A DNA stretch of 64,000 bases from contig JAWLHY010000018.1 of NCBI GenBank assembly GCA_041690135.1, positions 106,683 through 170,682 on the forward strand. Direction: 5' to 3'. Both the position numbers and the translations under genes were made by a program. This DNA comes from Armatimonadota bacterium (GTDB lineage Bacteria > Armatimonadota > SYMT01). A model generated the notes under the pieces. The model was not told where the DNA came from. It ran no database searches and worked only from the letters and a program-made list of their open reading frames with translations. The first letter of the stretch is position 1, and each line of letters begins with the position of its first letter. Shown piece after piece: positions 48,061 to 57,029 of the stretch.

Positions 48061-48961
48061 TCCTGGCAAAGTGTACACTTTCAGTACCGAACGACGCGCG
48101 GTACCGCCGGGGACTGATGCCGAACTCGCTACGGAACGCCCGGTTGAAGTTGGATACGTCTCCGAAACCCGACTCCAGGGCAACCGTGATGATGTTCGTC
48201 GGCTCCGATACCAGGCGGAGGGCGCTGAGCCGCAGGCGTGTGCGGAGCACGTACTGATGCGGGGTCACTCCGGTTACGGCCTGGAAGGTGCGCAGAAAGT
48301 GGTAGGGGCTGAGCCCGGCTTTCTCCGCAAGGGACTGGAGACTCCAATCCGCATCCGGCTGCTCCTCTATCGCACGGACCGTGTGGTTCACCCTTGCGAC
48401 GGCACCAGGGGCCGGCTCCTCCAGGGTTGCGGGGAGGCCCTGTGCGAGCCGGACCGCCGTAGCGGCGAACTGGACGGCCAGTTCCTCCCAGGAGAGGTCG
48501 ATCCCGCCGATGAGACCTCCGCAGGCACGGGCCGCCAGGGGCGAAAGCGCTTTGAGAGGGGGAACGCGCGGGAGATGAAACCCGGCTCTCCCGCCTGCGT
48601 CGACCGCCACGCGTTCAAAGAAGTCCGGCGCATAGGCGAAGGACAGGCAGCGGTCACCCGTTCCGTGTTCGTGACCGCACTCGAAGCAGTGACCTGAGTT
48701 CCCCAGCAACAGCGCCCCGGGAGCCAGGAGCTCGCGCCCGCTTCCGGTGCGGTACTGGAACGTCCCGGCAACGACGAGCGCGACGCAGACCGCTTCGTGG
48801 CGCTCCTCGAACGTCCGGTCGTGCGGGCCGGATGTGCAGACCACGTCCGTGGCGCTCCAGCCGCTTCCGCTGGCCACCACCCTACCCGCCGCCCGGCCGG
48901 GTGCCCCGGTCACCGCGCGCTCCCGCAGTGCCCGCTGCAGTTCCACCGCAATTTTTGCCAA
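48053..48961 (-). CDS. AraC family transcriptional regulator
   Basis: SLQSLAEKAGLSPYHFLRTF, GVTPHQY and ALESGFGDVSNFNRAFRSEFGISP. TTG start after GGGAGG. Confidence 0.92.
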   Translation of the reverse strand: MAKIAVELQRALRERAVTGAPGRAAGRVVASGSGWSATDVVCTSGPHDRTFEERHEAVCVALVVAGTFQYRTGSGRELLAPGALLLGNSGHCFECGHEHGTGDRCLSFAYAPDFFERVAVDAGGRAGFHLPRVPPLKALSPLAARACGGLIGGIDLSWEELAVQFAATAVRLAQGLPATLEEPAPGAVARVNHTVRAIEEQPDADWSLQSLAEKAGLSPYHFLRTFQAVTGVTPHQYVLRTRLRLSALRLVSEPTNIITVALESGFGDVSNFNRAFRSEFGISPRRYRASFGTESVHFARIR

Positions 48962-49059
48962 GAAAGTCCCTCCCCCGGCGCAGTAACTTCGTTGTAGCAC
49001 ACTCGACCGGATTGCCGGAGACGGGTTGCCGGAGGTATCTGCAAGAAGGAGTTTGATTG

Positions 49060-49605
49060 ATGCTACTCACGACACCCAACCCACATTCCGTCCTGGCCGG
49101 CGCCCTGGCAGCGGACCAGCGATCGGCCGACATTCCCGCGGAGGCGGATCTCTACGGTTGGCTGGTCGGCAGTTGGGATTTGGACGTCCGCTTTTTTCTA
49201 TCGGACGTCAGCGGGCTGGGGTTACGCGGGGAGGCCCACTTCGGATGGGTACTGGAGGGGCGTGCGGTGCAAGACGTCTGGATCATGCCGCACCGCCCGG
49301 AGCGGACTCCGGCACCGGATCGCATCGCAAACATGTATGGGACCACGCTCCGCGCGTGGGATCCGTGCCTGCAGGCCTGGCGAGTCACGTGGACCGATCC
49401 AGTCACCGGTGGTCGAGACCAGTTGATCGGCCGTCGGGTGGGTGATCGGATCGTGCAGTTGGGAACCCATGCCGATGGCACCCCAATCCGTTGGATCTTC
49501 AGTGAGATATCGGACGACTCTTTCCGGTGGACCGGCGAAGCGCTCCAGCCGGACGGTGAAACCTGGGCTCTCGAAGGGGAGTTCCGCGCCACCCGGATAC
49601 GCTAG
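49060..49605 (+). CDS. Conserved hypothetical protein
   Basis: LYGWLVGSW, GEAHFGWVLEGRAVQDVW, YGTTLR and RWIFSEI. AAGGAG RBS. Confidence 0.75.
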   Translation: MLLTTPNPHSVLAGALAADQRSADIPAEADLYGWLVGSWDLDVRFFLSDVSGLGLRGEAHFGWVLEGRAVQDVWIMPHRPERTPAPDRIANMYGTTLRAWDPCLQAWRVTWTDPVTGGRDQLIGRRVGDRIVQLGTHADGTPIRWIFSEISDDSFRWTGEALQPDGETWALEGEFRATRIR

Positions 49606-49606
49606 G

Positions 49607-50221
49607 ATGGGACCGCTCGCCTATTCGCTCTTCGATACCCCCTTCGGCGCCTGTGGAATCGCGTGGAGTGACCGGGGCATTACTCGGATCCAACTTCCGG
49701 AAGCGAGTCAGGCGGCAACGGAGCGTCGCGTGCGGTTCGTCGGCAACGATGCCGGGCCGGTTCTCGCCGCCGAACCGCCACCGGAAATCTTCGCGGTGAT
49801 AAGTGACCTTCAGAAGTACTTAAGTGGAACCAGAGTGGACTTCGCGGGGATACCCCTCGACCTGACCCGTGAAGGGTCTTTTTCCCGGAAGGTCTATGCG
49901 GCGGCACGCACCATCGGTTGGGGGGAAGTCACCACCTACGGCGATCTGTCACTCCGGGCCGGAATGCCCGGAGCAGCCCGTGCCGTGGGCCGGGTGCTAG
50001 GGCGGAACCCGGTGGCAATCCTAGTCCCTTGCCACCGGGTGCTTGCCGCCTCTGCCGCGGGCGTGAAGCCAGGCGGGTTCTCCGCATTCGGGGGAACGGC
50101 CCTGAAGCTCCGGCTTTTAGCGCTGGAAGGTGTATCTTTAACTATATTACAGGGCGAGTCTCAACTGGTCATCCCCTTTCCACCAGGCGAAACCGGGGAG
50201 CCCGGCCGCTCCCAGACGTAA
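49607..50221 (+). CDS. ogt: Methylated-DNA--protein-cysteine methyltransferase
   Basis: IGWGEVTTYG, AARAVG and NPVAILVPCHRV active site. Confidence 0.92.
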   Translation: MGPLAYSLFDTPFGACGIAWSDRGITRIQLPEASQAATERRVRFVGNDAGPVLAAEPPPEIFAVISDLQKYLSGTRVDFAGIPLDLTREGSFSRKVYAAARTIGWGEVTTYGDLSLRAGMPGAARAVGRVLGRNPVAILVPCHRVLAASAAGVKPGGFSAFGGTALKLRLLALEGVSLTILQGESQLVIPFPPGETGEPGRSQT

Positions 50222-50979
50222 AGGCCAACAGGGTAGGCAAAGTAGATTTCTTCGCCCCGGAGATGGGCCCCCACGCCGATTTCATCCTTCTCCAGGTCCG
50301 CGCGGAACCACTCGCGCAACCGGTCCGCATCTCCGGGCTTCGGGAAGGAAGAAGCCAGTTGCCTCTCCAACTCCATTTCCAACTGGTAGAACTCCGTAAC
50401 CCCCTCGGTGAGCCCAACGACCTCTCGGAGTTGATGAAACTCCCGGTGCGTGAGCGCCCTTACGTGAGAGGGATCCCGGAGGCGCTCCATCCGGTCATAG
50501 GCTTCCCTTTTCTCCGGCGCGACCACCACGTCGATGACCACCACCTTCCCACCTGGGGTGCACACCCGGGCCATCTCGCGGAGCACCGCCAACGGATCCA
50601 GGAAGTGATGGAAGGTGAACCGGGTGACCACGAGGGAGAAGGCGGCGTTCGGAAAGGGGAGTGCCGACACGTCACCCACCTGCCACGCCAGGTTGCTCAA
50701 CCCCTTTTCCTTCTGCGCGGCACGGGCAAGCTCGACCATTGCCGGAGTCAGGTCGATCCCCGTTACGTGCTGCACATGCGGTGCCAACGCACACGCCACC
50801 AATCCAGGTCCGCACGCCACGTCGAGGGTTGTATCGGTGGGTGCGGGCCGAACGCTGTTGAGGAGGAGCTGGAAAGCACTCTCATTGGTGTGCGCCGGAT
50901 GGCTGGCGAACGGCGCCGCCTGCCGGGTGAACTGGTCGATGATCTCTTGATTGTGGGACGAGTGGGCTTGGGTGTTCAT
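50161..50979 (-). CDS. Class I SAM-dependent methyltransferase
   Basis: LDVACGPG, VTGIDLT, GDVSALPF and EMARVCTPGG. Confidence 0.92.
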   Translation of the reverse strand: MNTQAHSSHNQEIIDQFTRQAAPFASHPAHTNESAFQLLLNSVRPAPTDTTLDVACGPGLVACALAPHVQHVTGIDLTPAMVELARAAQKEKGLSNLAWQVGDVSALPFPNAAFSLVVTRFTFHHFLDPLAVLREMARVCTPGGKVVVIDVVVAPEKREAYDRMERLRDPSHVRALTHREFHQLREVVGLTEGVTEFYQLEMELERQLASSFPKPGDADRLREWFRADLEKDEIGVGAHLRGEEIYFAYPVGLYVWERPGSPVSPGGKGMTS

Positions 50980-50998
50980 TCAATTGCTCCCTACAGGG

Positions 50999-51706
50999 TC
51001 AGGATGATTCGCCAGGGGAAGATACGGGGGGTAGGGCGCCGGCGATGTTTCCGAGCAGACGCTCCGTCGCCGCCGCCGCTCGTTCGGGTTGCTGTTGCGC
51101 AATGCTGTCCAATAGCTCGTGGTGCAGCTCGGACTGCGACCCCGCCAGCAGGGTCACATCCGGAAGCGTGGGACGAAGGGTAATCGCAAATCCGTGATAG
51201 AGGTCCGCCAGTAGCGCATTCTGGGTTGCACGGGCAATCGCCGTGTGGAAGGCGACATCGGCATCGATGAAGGCCTGCAGGTTACCCCGCTCTCGCTCCT
51301 GCTCCCGCCGGGCCAGGTGGTCCCGCATCCTGGCCAGGTCATCCTCAGTCCTCCGGAGGGCTGCCAGTCGAGCCATCTCGAGCTCCAGCACCCGTCGCAC
51401 TTCGTTCGCTTCCGCCGCGCGCGCCTGGCGGAGGCGCTGAGTCAGCGAGCTGGCCTCGGCTGCCTGTGCCTGAACGTAAGTTCCGTCCCCCTGGCGTACG
51501 GTAATGAGGCCCTGGTGAGAGAGAATCCGCACGGCCTCGCGGATGGTAGATCGGCCGACGCCAAAGTGGGCCATCAACTCAGCTTCGGTAGGAAGCTTTT
51601 CCCCCACGGCAATCCGTTCGAGGGAAATCCACTCCTGAAGCTTTGTCACTACTTGATCGACGAGCTGTTGCCGCTGAACGCGGCTGGTGCCAGATGGAAT
51701 AGGCAT
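50999..51706 (-). CDS. FadR/GntR family transcriptional regulator
   Basis: GEKLPTEAELMAHFGVGRSTIREAV, RQGDGTYV and an FCD-type ADVAFHTAIA. Confidence 0.93.
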   Translation of the reverse strand: MPIPSGTSRVQRQQLVDQVVTKLQEWISLERIAVGEKLPTEAELMAHFGVGRSTIREAVRILSHQGLITVRQGDGTYVQAQAAEASSLTQRLRQARAAEANEVRRVLELEMARLAALRRTEDDLARMRDHLARREQERERGNLQAFIDADVAFHTAIARATQNALLADLYHGFAITLRPTLPDVTLLAGSQSELHHELLDSIAQQQPERAAAATERLLGNIAGALPPVSSPGESS

Positions 51707-51844
51707 GAGGATAGATCAGGTCATCAGATGTTTAACTGTAACGGAGAGCCGGCTGCTCGTCAACTCGTTGTTCTGGCCCGCTTGCCTTCACGTTCCCATC
51801 CGGGTTTCACCTGCCAGCGTCCACGGGGATGCTCATTTTGGAGG

Positions 51845-52129
51845 ATGAGCATTCTAATGGCCGAGCATGGACATCTGGACGTACCGCACGCCCGACTTCC
51901 GAGTTACCTGGAGGGGCTGCAGCCGCCCGTTTCGATGGAGGAGGCGCTGGAATACGCCGAGGAACACGGTGCGTCCCCCGACGTACTGGCGTTCATAGAA
52001 TCACTCCCGGCCGCCGTCTTCACCTCGGAAGAAGGCATGCGCCATGCCTTCTCGCACGTGCGCGAAGAGGATCTGCCGCACTTGGATCCGGAGCAGGTAC
52101 TCGTCGGGCAGGACGGAACCAGTAGCTAG
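51845..52129 (+). CDS. DUF2795-like small acidic protein
   Basis: YLEGLQPPVSMEEALEYAEEHGASPDVLAFIESLP. Start 51845 or 51857. Confidence 0.6.
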   Translation: MSILMAEHGHLDVPHARLPSYLEGLQPPVSMEEALEYAEEHGASPDVLAFIESLPAAVFTSEEGMRHAFSHVREEDLPHLDPEQVLVGQDGTSS

Positions 52130-52711
52130 TCAGGTCTCGTCGCGGTCGATCCACTTCTGGAGCACGGGCGGCTGGTATTGGAGGATCCGGTTGAGCAGTT
52201 CTCCCGGGTCCGTCGCCTCCAGGACCAGGGCGCGGTGCTCGGGGCGGAGGAACTGCTCCTCCACGGCGTGATCGAAGAGGCGGAGCAGTGGGTCGTAATA
52301 TCCGGCGGTGTTCAGGAGTCCACACGGCTTGGTGTGCAGGCCGAGTTGGGACCAGGTCAAGACCTCGCAGAACTCCTCAAAAGTGCCGAACCCTCCTGGC
52401 AGCGCGACGAACGCATCGGCGAGGTCCGCCATCAGGGCTTTGCGCTCGTGCATGGAGCCGACCACGCGAAGGTCCGTGACGCCGGTGTGCCCCACCTCCC
52501 ACGCCAGCAGCGACTCCGGGATCACGCCAATCACTTCCACGCCGGATGAAAGGGCTGCGTCGGCCAGGGTTCCCATCAGGCCGACACAACCCCCTCCATA
52601 GACGAGGCCGAGCCCTCGCTCGGCCAGAGCCACGCTCATGGCCTGGGAAGCCTCGAGGTACTCCGGACGGGCTCCCCGGTTGGAGCCGCAGAAGACGCAG
52701 ATTCGTTTCAA
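52130..52711 (-). CDS. LOG family protein (TIGR00730-type)
   Basis: ICVFCGS, LVYGGG..GLMG, SMHERK and ALPGGFGTFEE. Confidence 0.93.
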   Translation of the reverse strand: MKRICVFCGSNRGARPEYLEASQAMSVALAERGLGLVYGGGCVGLMGTLADAALSSGVEVIGVIPESLLAWEVGHTGVTDLRVVGSMHERKALMADLADAFVALPGGFGTFEEFCEVLTWSQLGLHTKPCGLLNTAGYYDPLLRLFDHAVEEQFLRPEHRALVLEATDPGELLNRILQYQPPVLQKWIDRDET

Positions 52712-52717
52712 GGCCTG

Positions 52718-52921
52718 CTAGATGTGACGGACGTTGGTCTTCGGGGAACTGGCCGCCGCCGTAGAGCTTCCGGTGTTCGTGGCGTAAAAGATAGAGATGC
52801 GGCGCTTGGCCTGGGGCTCGCCGCAGGCCGGGCACGCGGCGGCGTCATCCATCTCCTCGATCTTGCGGCGCAGGGTGAACTCCTTCCCGCACTTCGGACA
52901 GTCGAAGTCGTAGAACGGCAT
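52718..52921 (-). CDS. FmdB family zinc-ribbon protein
   Basis: MPFYDFDCPKCG...F...CPACG...RRIS. AAGGAG RBS. Confidence 0.88.
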   Translation of the reverse strand: MPFYDFDCPKCGKEFTLRRKIEEMDDAAACPACGEPQAKRRISIFYATNTGSSTAAASSPKTNVRHI

Positions 52922-52974
52922 CGAAGGTCTCCTTCCGGGCACGCTGGCCCGCCTCGAAAACAACTGCTCTACTA

Positions 52975-53001
52975 TTAGCACACTCGCTGGCCGAGTGTCA
53001 G
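52975..53001 (-). promoter_or_regulatory. CIRCE-like inverted repeat upstream of the FmdB gene
   Basis: TTAGCACAC-N9-GAGTGTCAG. Each arm differs by one base from the hrcA CIRCE in this window. Confidence 0.55.
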
Positions 53002-53096
53002 CCGTACCCGGACCGCAACTTTCCGGCCCATCTTCCGTTTACCACTCAGGATACCGCCCAGACGACTGGATGTGAGGTTCTGTGGGGATCGGAAGT

Positions 53097-53447
53097 ATGG
53101 CACCTCTACGCACATTCATTAGCACTCTTGCGTCTGGACTGCTAATCACGACCGCAGTCGGCTGTGCCCGGCCGCTCCAGCAGCAGGTGCTGGGAAAATG
53201 GAAGCACACTGGCAGCACCGCGCAGATCGAGTTGCTGAAAGACGGGACCGTCATCTACGCTTTCGGTCCGCTGCAAGCTACCGGCACCTTCACCACGCCG
53301 GACGAGAAGCACCTGCGGACGGACCTGCGGGGAGCGGTGGGCGCTCTTCTGGGCTCGCAAACCTACGAGGCGCGGGTAGGGAAGAACACACTCCATCTCA
53401 CCCTCGGCACTGAACCGCTCACCTTTACGCGGGTGCCCTCTCCCTAG
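53097..53447 (+). CDS. Putative lipoprotein
   Basis: Signal peptide with lipobox AVGC, followed by VLGKW and IELLKDGTV. Confidence 0.65.
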   Translation: MAPLRTFISTLASGLLITTAVGCARPLQQQVLGKWKHTGSTAQIELLKDGTVIYAFGPLQATGTFTTPDEKHLRTDLRGAVGALLGSQTYEARVGKNTLHLTLGTEPLTFTRVPSP

Positions 53448-53637
53448 ATACACCGATGTGAGTTCTCAGCACAATCGCAATATCCAGGCGTAAAAAGTCC
53501 GGATCGCATAGCGTCTATCCATTGAACGCAGGGAAGCCGGCCGATCTCGGCGGTTCTGAATTGCGGACCGTCCCAGTCATCGGCATCGGAAAGAGAAGCA
53601 ATGACAGCTGCAGTCGCCCATCGGCTCGTGTTTTGTA

Positions 53638-54408
53638 ATGAGAGGACGGTTCAGCATGTCGACTGCAGCCAGCGCCCGAAGTCACTTCTCCGGCAGGTTC
53701 TTGGGATTTGGAAGCTACTTCGTAGGATGCCTGCTTTGCCTGGTGGTGGGGGCGGGAATGAGTCGTCCGGCCTCCCTGCGAGATGTCCGTCTGCATAGCT
53801 CGGACTTACGAGGTGCGAATCTTTCGCATGCCGATTTGCGGGAAGCGGACCTGGAGGATCAGGACTTGACTGGAGCTTCCCTGGTCCAGGCACGGCTGGT
53901 CCGTGCCATGTTGCATGGGTGCAATCTGGCGGGAGCGGACCTCACGCAGGCCAACCTGGAGATGGCCCAACTATCGCAGGTGAATTTGACCGGCGCGAAC
54001 CTGACCGGGGTCAACCTCCGCTGCGCCATACTGATGGGCACGGACCTAACGGCTGCTGATCTCCGTACGGCCTGTCTGACTGCTGCCCAGTTGCGGCACG
54101 CCGTACTGGATGGGGCGTACTTGCGAGGCGCGAAGATGGCGGCTGCCATCCTCGCCCAGGCCTCATTGGTGGAAGCCGATCTGACGGAAGCCGATCTGCG
54201 CGGCGCCAACCTGCGGGGAGCCGACCTTTCGGGGGCCAGATTGGGCTCCACCAATCTGGCGGGCGCACGCTATGACCGCGATACCCATTGGCCGGTTGGC
54301 TTCGAACCGGCGTTGCACGGCGCCTACTTTGATCCACGGCCGAAGATGAGGATGGAAGCGAGAGTGTCTGTTCCGTGGGAGAAACGAAGGGTAAGTACGG
54401 AGAACTAA
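53638..54408 (+). CDS. Pentapeptide repeat protein with an N-terminal TM segment
   Basis: Long A(D/N)LxxA(D/N)L tract and tail ARYDRDTHWPVGF. Confidence 0.88.
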   Translation: MRGRFSMSTAASARSHFSGRFLGFGSYFVGCLLCLVVGAGMSRPASLRDVRLHSSDLRGANLSHADLREADLEDQDLTGASLVQARLVRAMLHGCNLAGADLTQANLEMAQLSQVNLTGANLTGVNLRCAILMGTDLTAADLRTACLTAAQLRHAVLDGAYLRGAKMAAAILAQASLVEADLTEADLRGANLRGADLSGARLGSTNLAGARYDRDTHWPVGFEPALHGAYFDPRPKMRMEARVSVPWEKRRVSTEN

Positions 54409-54415
54409 TACCGAG

Positions 54416-55120
54416 ATGCGGGAGCCTCTGACGATCGCGGTTGCCCAGCCGTGCTGCAAGTCCTACGATGTGGCGGCGAACGCCGTCGCGCACGCGGTTG
54501 CGGTTCGTGCCGCAGCCGCCCGGGTAGTGGCCTTTCCCGAGCTTTCCCTGACCGGGTATGAGTTGGATGGCCCGGCGCTCACTGTCGAAGATCCGCGACT
54601 CGCCCCCCTTGTCGAAGCTTGTATTGAGACGGGATCGCTAGCATTGGTGGGCGCGCCGGTTCAGGGCGAGGCAGGCCGCTCGCACATCGCGCTCCTGGCG
54701 ATTGAAGGGAGCCGAGTTTCCGTGGCCTACCGCAAGCAGTGGCTGGGAGGCACCGAGCCGAACTGGTTCAGCCCGGGCAGCAGCCCGGCGGTGGTGGAAG
54801 TCGATGGATGGCGGCTCGGTCTGGCCATCTGCAAGGACACCGGCATTCCGCAGCACGCCTCCGAAACAGCCGCCGTGGGGATGGACGTCTACGTTGCTGC
54901 CGTCCTGGAGGCTGCAGAAGACGCGGCCGTTCCGGAACAGCGAGCCCGTCGAATTGCCGCGGACCACCACGTTTGGGTTGCGGTGGCCAGTTTCGCCGGG
55001 TCCACCGGTGGCGGATACGATCATGCCGCGGGCGGTTCCGGCATCTGGAACCCGGATGGCGCCGTGCTTGCCAGGGTGGGACCGGAGACCGGCGCTATCG
55101 CCCGTGCGAGACTCCTCTAA
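54416..55120 (+). CDS. Carbon-nitrogen hydrolase (nitrilase superfamily)
   Basis: E-K-C triad: FPELSLTGY, YRKQWL and LAICKD. Confidence 0.9.
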   Translation: MREPLTIAVAQPCCKSYDVAANAVAHAVAVRAAAARVVAFPELSLTGYELDGPALTVEDPRLAPLVEACIETGSLALVGAPVQGEAGRSHIALLAIEGSRVSVAYRKQWLGGTEPNWFSPGSSPAVVEVDGWRLGLAICKDTGIPQHASETAAVGMDVYVAAVLEAAEDAAVPEQRARRIAADHHVWVAVASFAGSTGGGYDHAAGGSGIWNPDGAVLARVGPETGAIARARLL

Positions 55121-55230
55121 CCACGAACGCCCACCGTGAGCCGATAGTTTGCGTCGTCACTCCCGTCCCACGCTAACCCCAACCGCAAGCTGGCATGCGG
55201 CATTAGTATTCATGAGCAGCCGGAGATGAA

Positions 55231-55650
55231 GTGACGGAGGGGATCGTGCGCGACACCAACGGCAGCGGCCGCCCGTACGAAAGACCCGGCCAGGGTTGGT
55301 CCCGATGCTGTCCCGGCGTGGGCACGCTCGTCGCTCTTGCCATCGCTATTCTGGTTACCGCCGTTACGGCGGAGCATTTTTGGCAGCACCAGGCGGTGCT
55401 GCAGCGGGACGGCTTTGCCTCCCGGGACAACGGATGGTTGTGGAAGCTGATCCACCTGGCCGGCTACCCCGGACCCCTTCCCGCGTATGTCGTCGGATCC
55501 ACGACGGGTTCGTGGCCGGCGAGTGCCATGGCATATGTAACGGGCATGTTCCTGGTCTACGGCGTAATCGGAATGGCTGTGGATCTCGTGTGCTGGCTCG
55601 TTCAAACCTTCAACCTGCAACCTTCCAACTCCGATCCAACCGGGGGTTAA
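55231..55650 (+). CDS. Possible hypothetical membrane protein
   Basis: ORF with two hydrophobic segments. Its end runs through a simple repeat. Confidence 0.4.
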   Translation: MTEGIVRDTNGSGRPYERPGQGWSRCCPGVGTLVALAIAILVTAVTAEHFWQHQAVLQRDGFASRDNGWLWKLIHLAGYPGPLPAYVVGSTTGSWPASAMAYVTGMFLVYGVIGMAVDLVCWLVQTFNLQPSNSDPTGG

Positions 55651-56024
55651 CCCGTGCCCGCCCGCAGCACCACCACTCTCCCGGGCCGGGCCAAAGCCAG
55701 TGCCTGCGGGTCGCCGTCGAGCTTACCGAACACGGCGACCGGGCTGGCGGGGCGAATCTCGCCGGGACCGCTCATCGGTGTCGGCCCCCAGAAGAGACAG
55801 AGCGCCTGACCGGGGGGCCAGTACGCAACATCGCCTGCGTCCACCGTTTCGCGGCTCGGGCCGGGCGCTATCTCCACTCCGGTATCGAAGTAGTACTCGT
55901 CCCCCCACTGGCTGGCGCGCGACTCGATGGGCAGCGCGTTCCAAATGGCGTCGGCTACCGGGGTGTCGAAGAGCGTCGCCGTAAAGTTCCGGTTGCCGAG
56001 CCGGATTTCGATCTTCCGTTCCAA
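55647..56024 (-). CDS. Cyclophilin-like fold protein (TM1367/DUF369-like)
   Basis: AIWNALPI, WGDEYYF, GDVAYWPPGQALCLFWGPTP and PASPVAVFGK. Confidence 0.85.
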   Translation of the reverse strand: MERKIEIRLGNRNFTATLFDTPVADAIWNALPIESRASQWGDEYYFDTGVEIAPGPSRETVDAGDVAYWPPGQALCLFWGPTPMSGPGEIRPASPVAVFGKLDGDPQALALARPGRVVVLRAGTG

Positions 56025-56028
56025 TCGC

Positions 56029-56397
56029 CTATTCCTTCTCGGGACGGTACTCGGCGATGACTTCGATCGGCCCCACGATTTTCCGGTTGAACGCCTCCAA
56101 CTCCTCGGCCGGAATCCAGTACTCCAGGTGAACCTGCCCCCCGACCTGCCGGACCTCGTAGCGATCCAGGTACGACTTCTGCACACGGAAGCGGGTGATG
56201 TGACCCACGTATCCCGACGCGGGATCCTTCGTGTTCCAGTCGCGCGCGATCTGGGTCGCGTACGCCTCGTTCAGGACGGGATAGAAGATCGGCTGGAAGT
56301 GCAACCTCGGGGGAAACGCGCGGAAGCCACTGTCCCGGATCAGGTCCAACTCCGCCTGGCCCACGGGACGGTAGAGCGTTACGGTTTCCTCTGGCAT
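56029..56397 (-). CDS. Conserved hypothetical protein (LYRPVG family)
   Basis: TLYRPVGQAEL, FPPRL..QPIFYPVLNEAYATQIARDWN and HLEYWIPAEEL..FN..IVG.IEV. AGGAG RBS. Confidence 0.85.
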   Translation of the reverse strand: MPEETVTLYRPVGQAELDLIRDSGFRAFPPRLHFQPIFYPVLNEAYATQIARDWNTKDPASGYVGHITRFRVQKSYLDRYEVRQVGGQVHLEYWIPAEELEAFNRKIVGPIEVIAEYRPEKE

Positions 56398-56498
56398 TCG
56401 GGCCTTTGTTACTCCTGAATCGTGGGGACTAAGCGGGGCTATCTGTCCAGCACCTGTCCTCCTTATCTTTATCCCAATCTTCACCCTAATCGGCGAAG

Positions 56499-56903
56499 CT
56501 AAGCGGCTCTCCTCTGGCTGATGCCCAGGCCCTCCCGGAACGGCTCCGGATCGTAATAGCTGGCGAACTCGGTGATCCCGTCGGGACCATTCTGCAGGAG
56601 GGTGACCCCCCGGTAGGAGATAGGCCGTCCCCCCTGCTGGAGATTGCCGTCCGCCCGCCATTCCAGGGCCGCCTGGTCTCCGTTCACGATGAGGCGTTCG
56701 AAGCGGGAGTGAACCCGCCCGAAGTGATTGCGGTACTCCTGCCAGAAGGCACGCACTGCCTCCCTACCCCGGCGGGGCTCCGGCATGATCAGGTTCCAAA
56801 GCGTGGCTTCCGCTGCGAACACCCGCGCCATCGGTTCCACGTCGCCCTGGTCTTCCAGCGTGTGGAGGGCGTCGATAAAGTCCTGGACCCACTCTTCCGT
56901 CAT
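56499..56903 (-). CDS. SnoaL/NTF2-like protein
   Basis: GREAVRAFW, GDQAALEW, YRGVTLL and ITEFASYYDP. Confidence 0.85.
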   Translation of the reverse strand: MTEEWVQDFIDALHTLEDQGDVEPMARVFAAEATLWNLIMPEPRRGREAVRAFWQEYRNHFGRVHSRFERLIVNGDQAALEWRADGNLQQGGRPISYRGVTLLQNGPDGITEFASYYDPEPFREGLGISQRRAA

Positions 56904-56986
56904 TCTTGGACCTCGTGTCGGGCCGCAATGTGCTCTTCGGCCCCCAGCCCGATTACCCGCGGGCAGAGGGTCGCAAACTCTCCTTT

Positions 56987-57029
56987 CCGGTTGTCACGCC
57001 CGGTTGTCACGCCCGGTTGTCACGCCCGG
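56987..57029. repeat. Perfect 13-bp tandem repeat CCGGTTGTCACGC x3 (+CCGG)
   Basis: Read directly. Lies in the divergent promoter region upstream of the carotenoid operon. Confidence 0.92.

Noticed and set aside
48053-50221. Split Ada adaptive-response system (AraC plus Ogt)
   Set aside because: The AraC protein lacks the Ada zinc-binding Cys motif and has a cupin-like N-terminus.
50161-50221. 61-bp convergent overlap of ogt and the methyltransferase
   Set aside because: It involves only non-conserved C-terminal tails, which is common in GC-rich genomes.
53638-54408. Qnr/MfpA quinolone-resistance protein
   Set aside because: Generic A(D/N)Lxx pentapeptide repeats with a TM anchor and no Qnr-specific features.
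56987-57029. Possible CRISPR array
   Set aside because: The 13-bp units are directly adjacent with no spacers, and there are no cas genes. No CRISPR array was found anywhere in the window.
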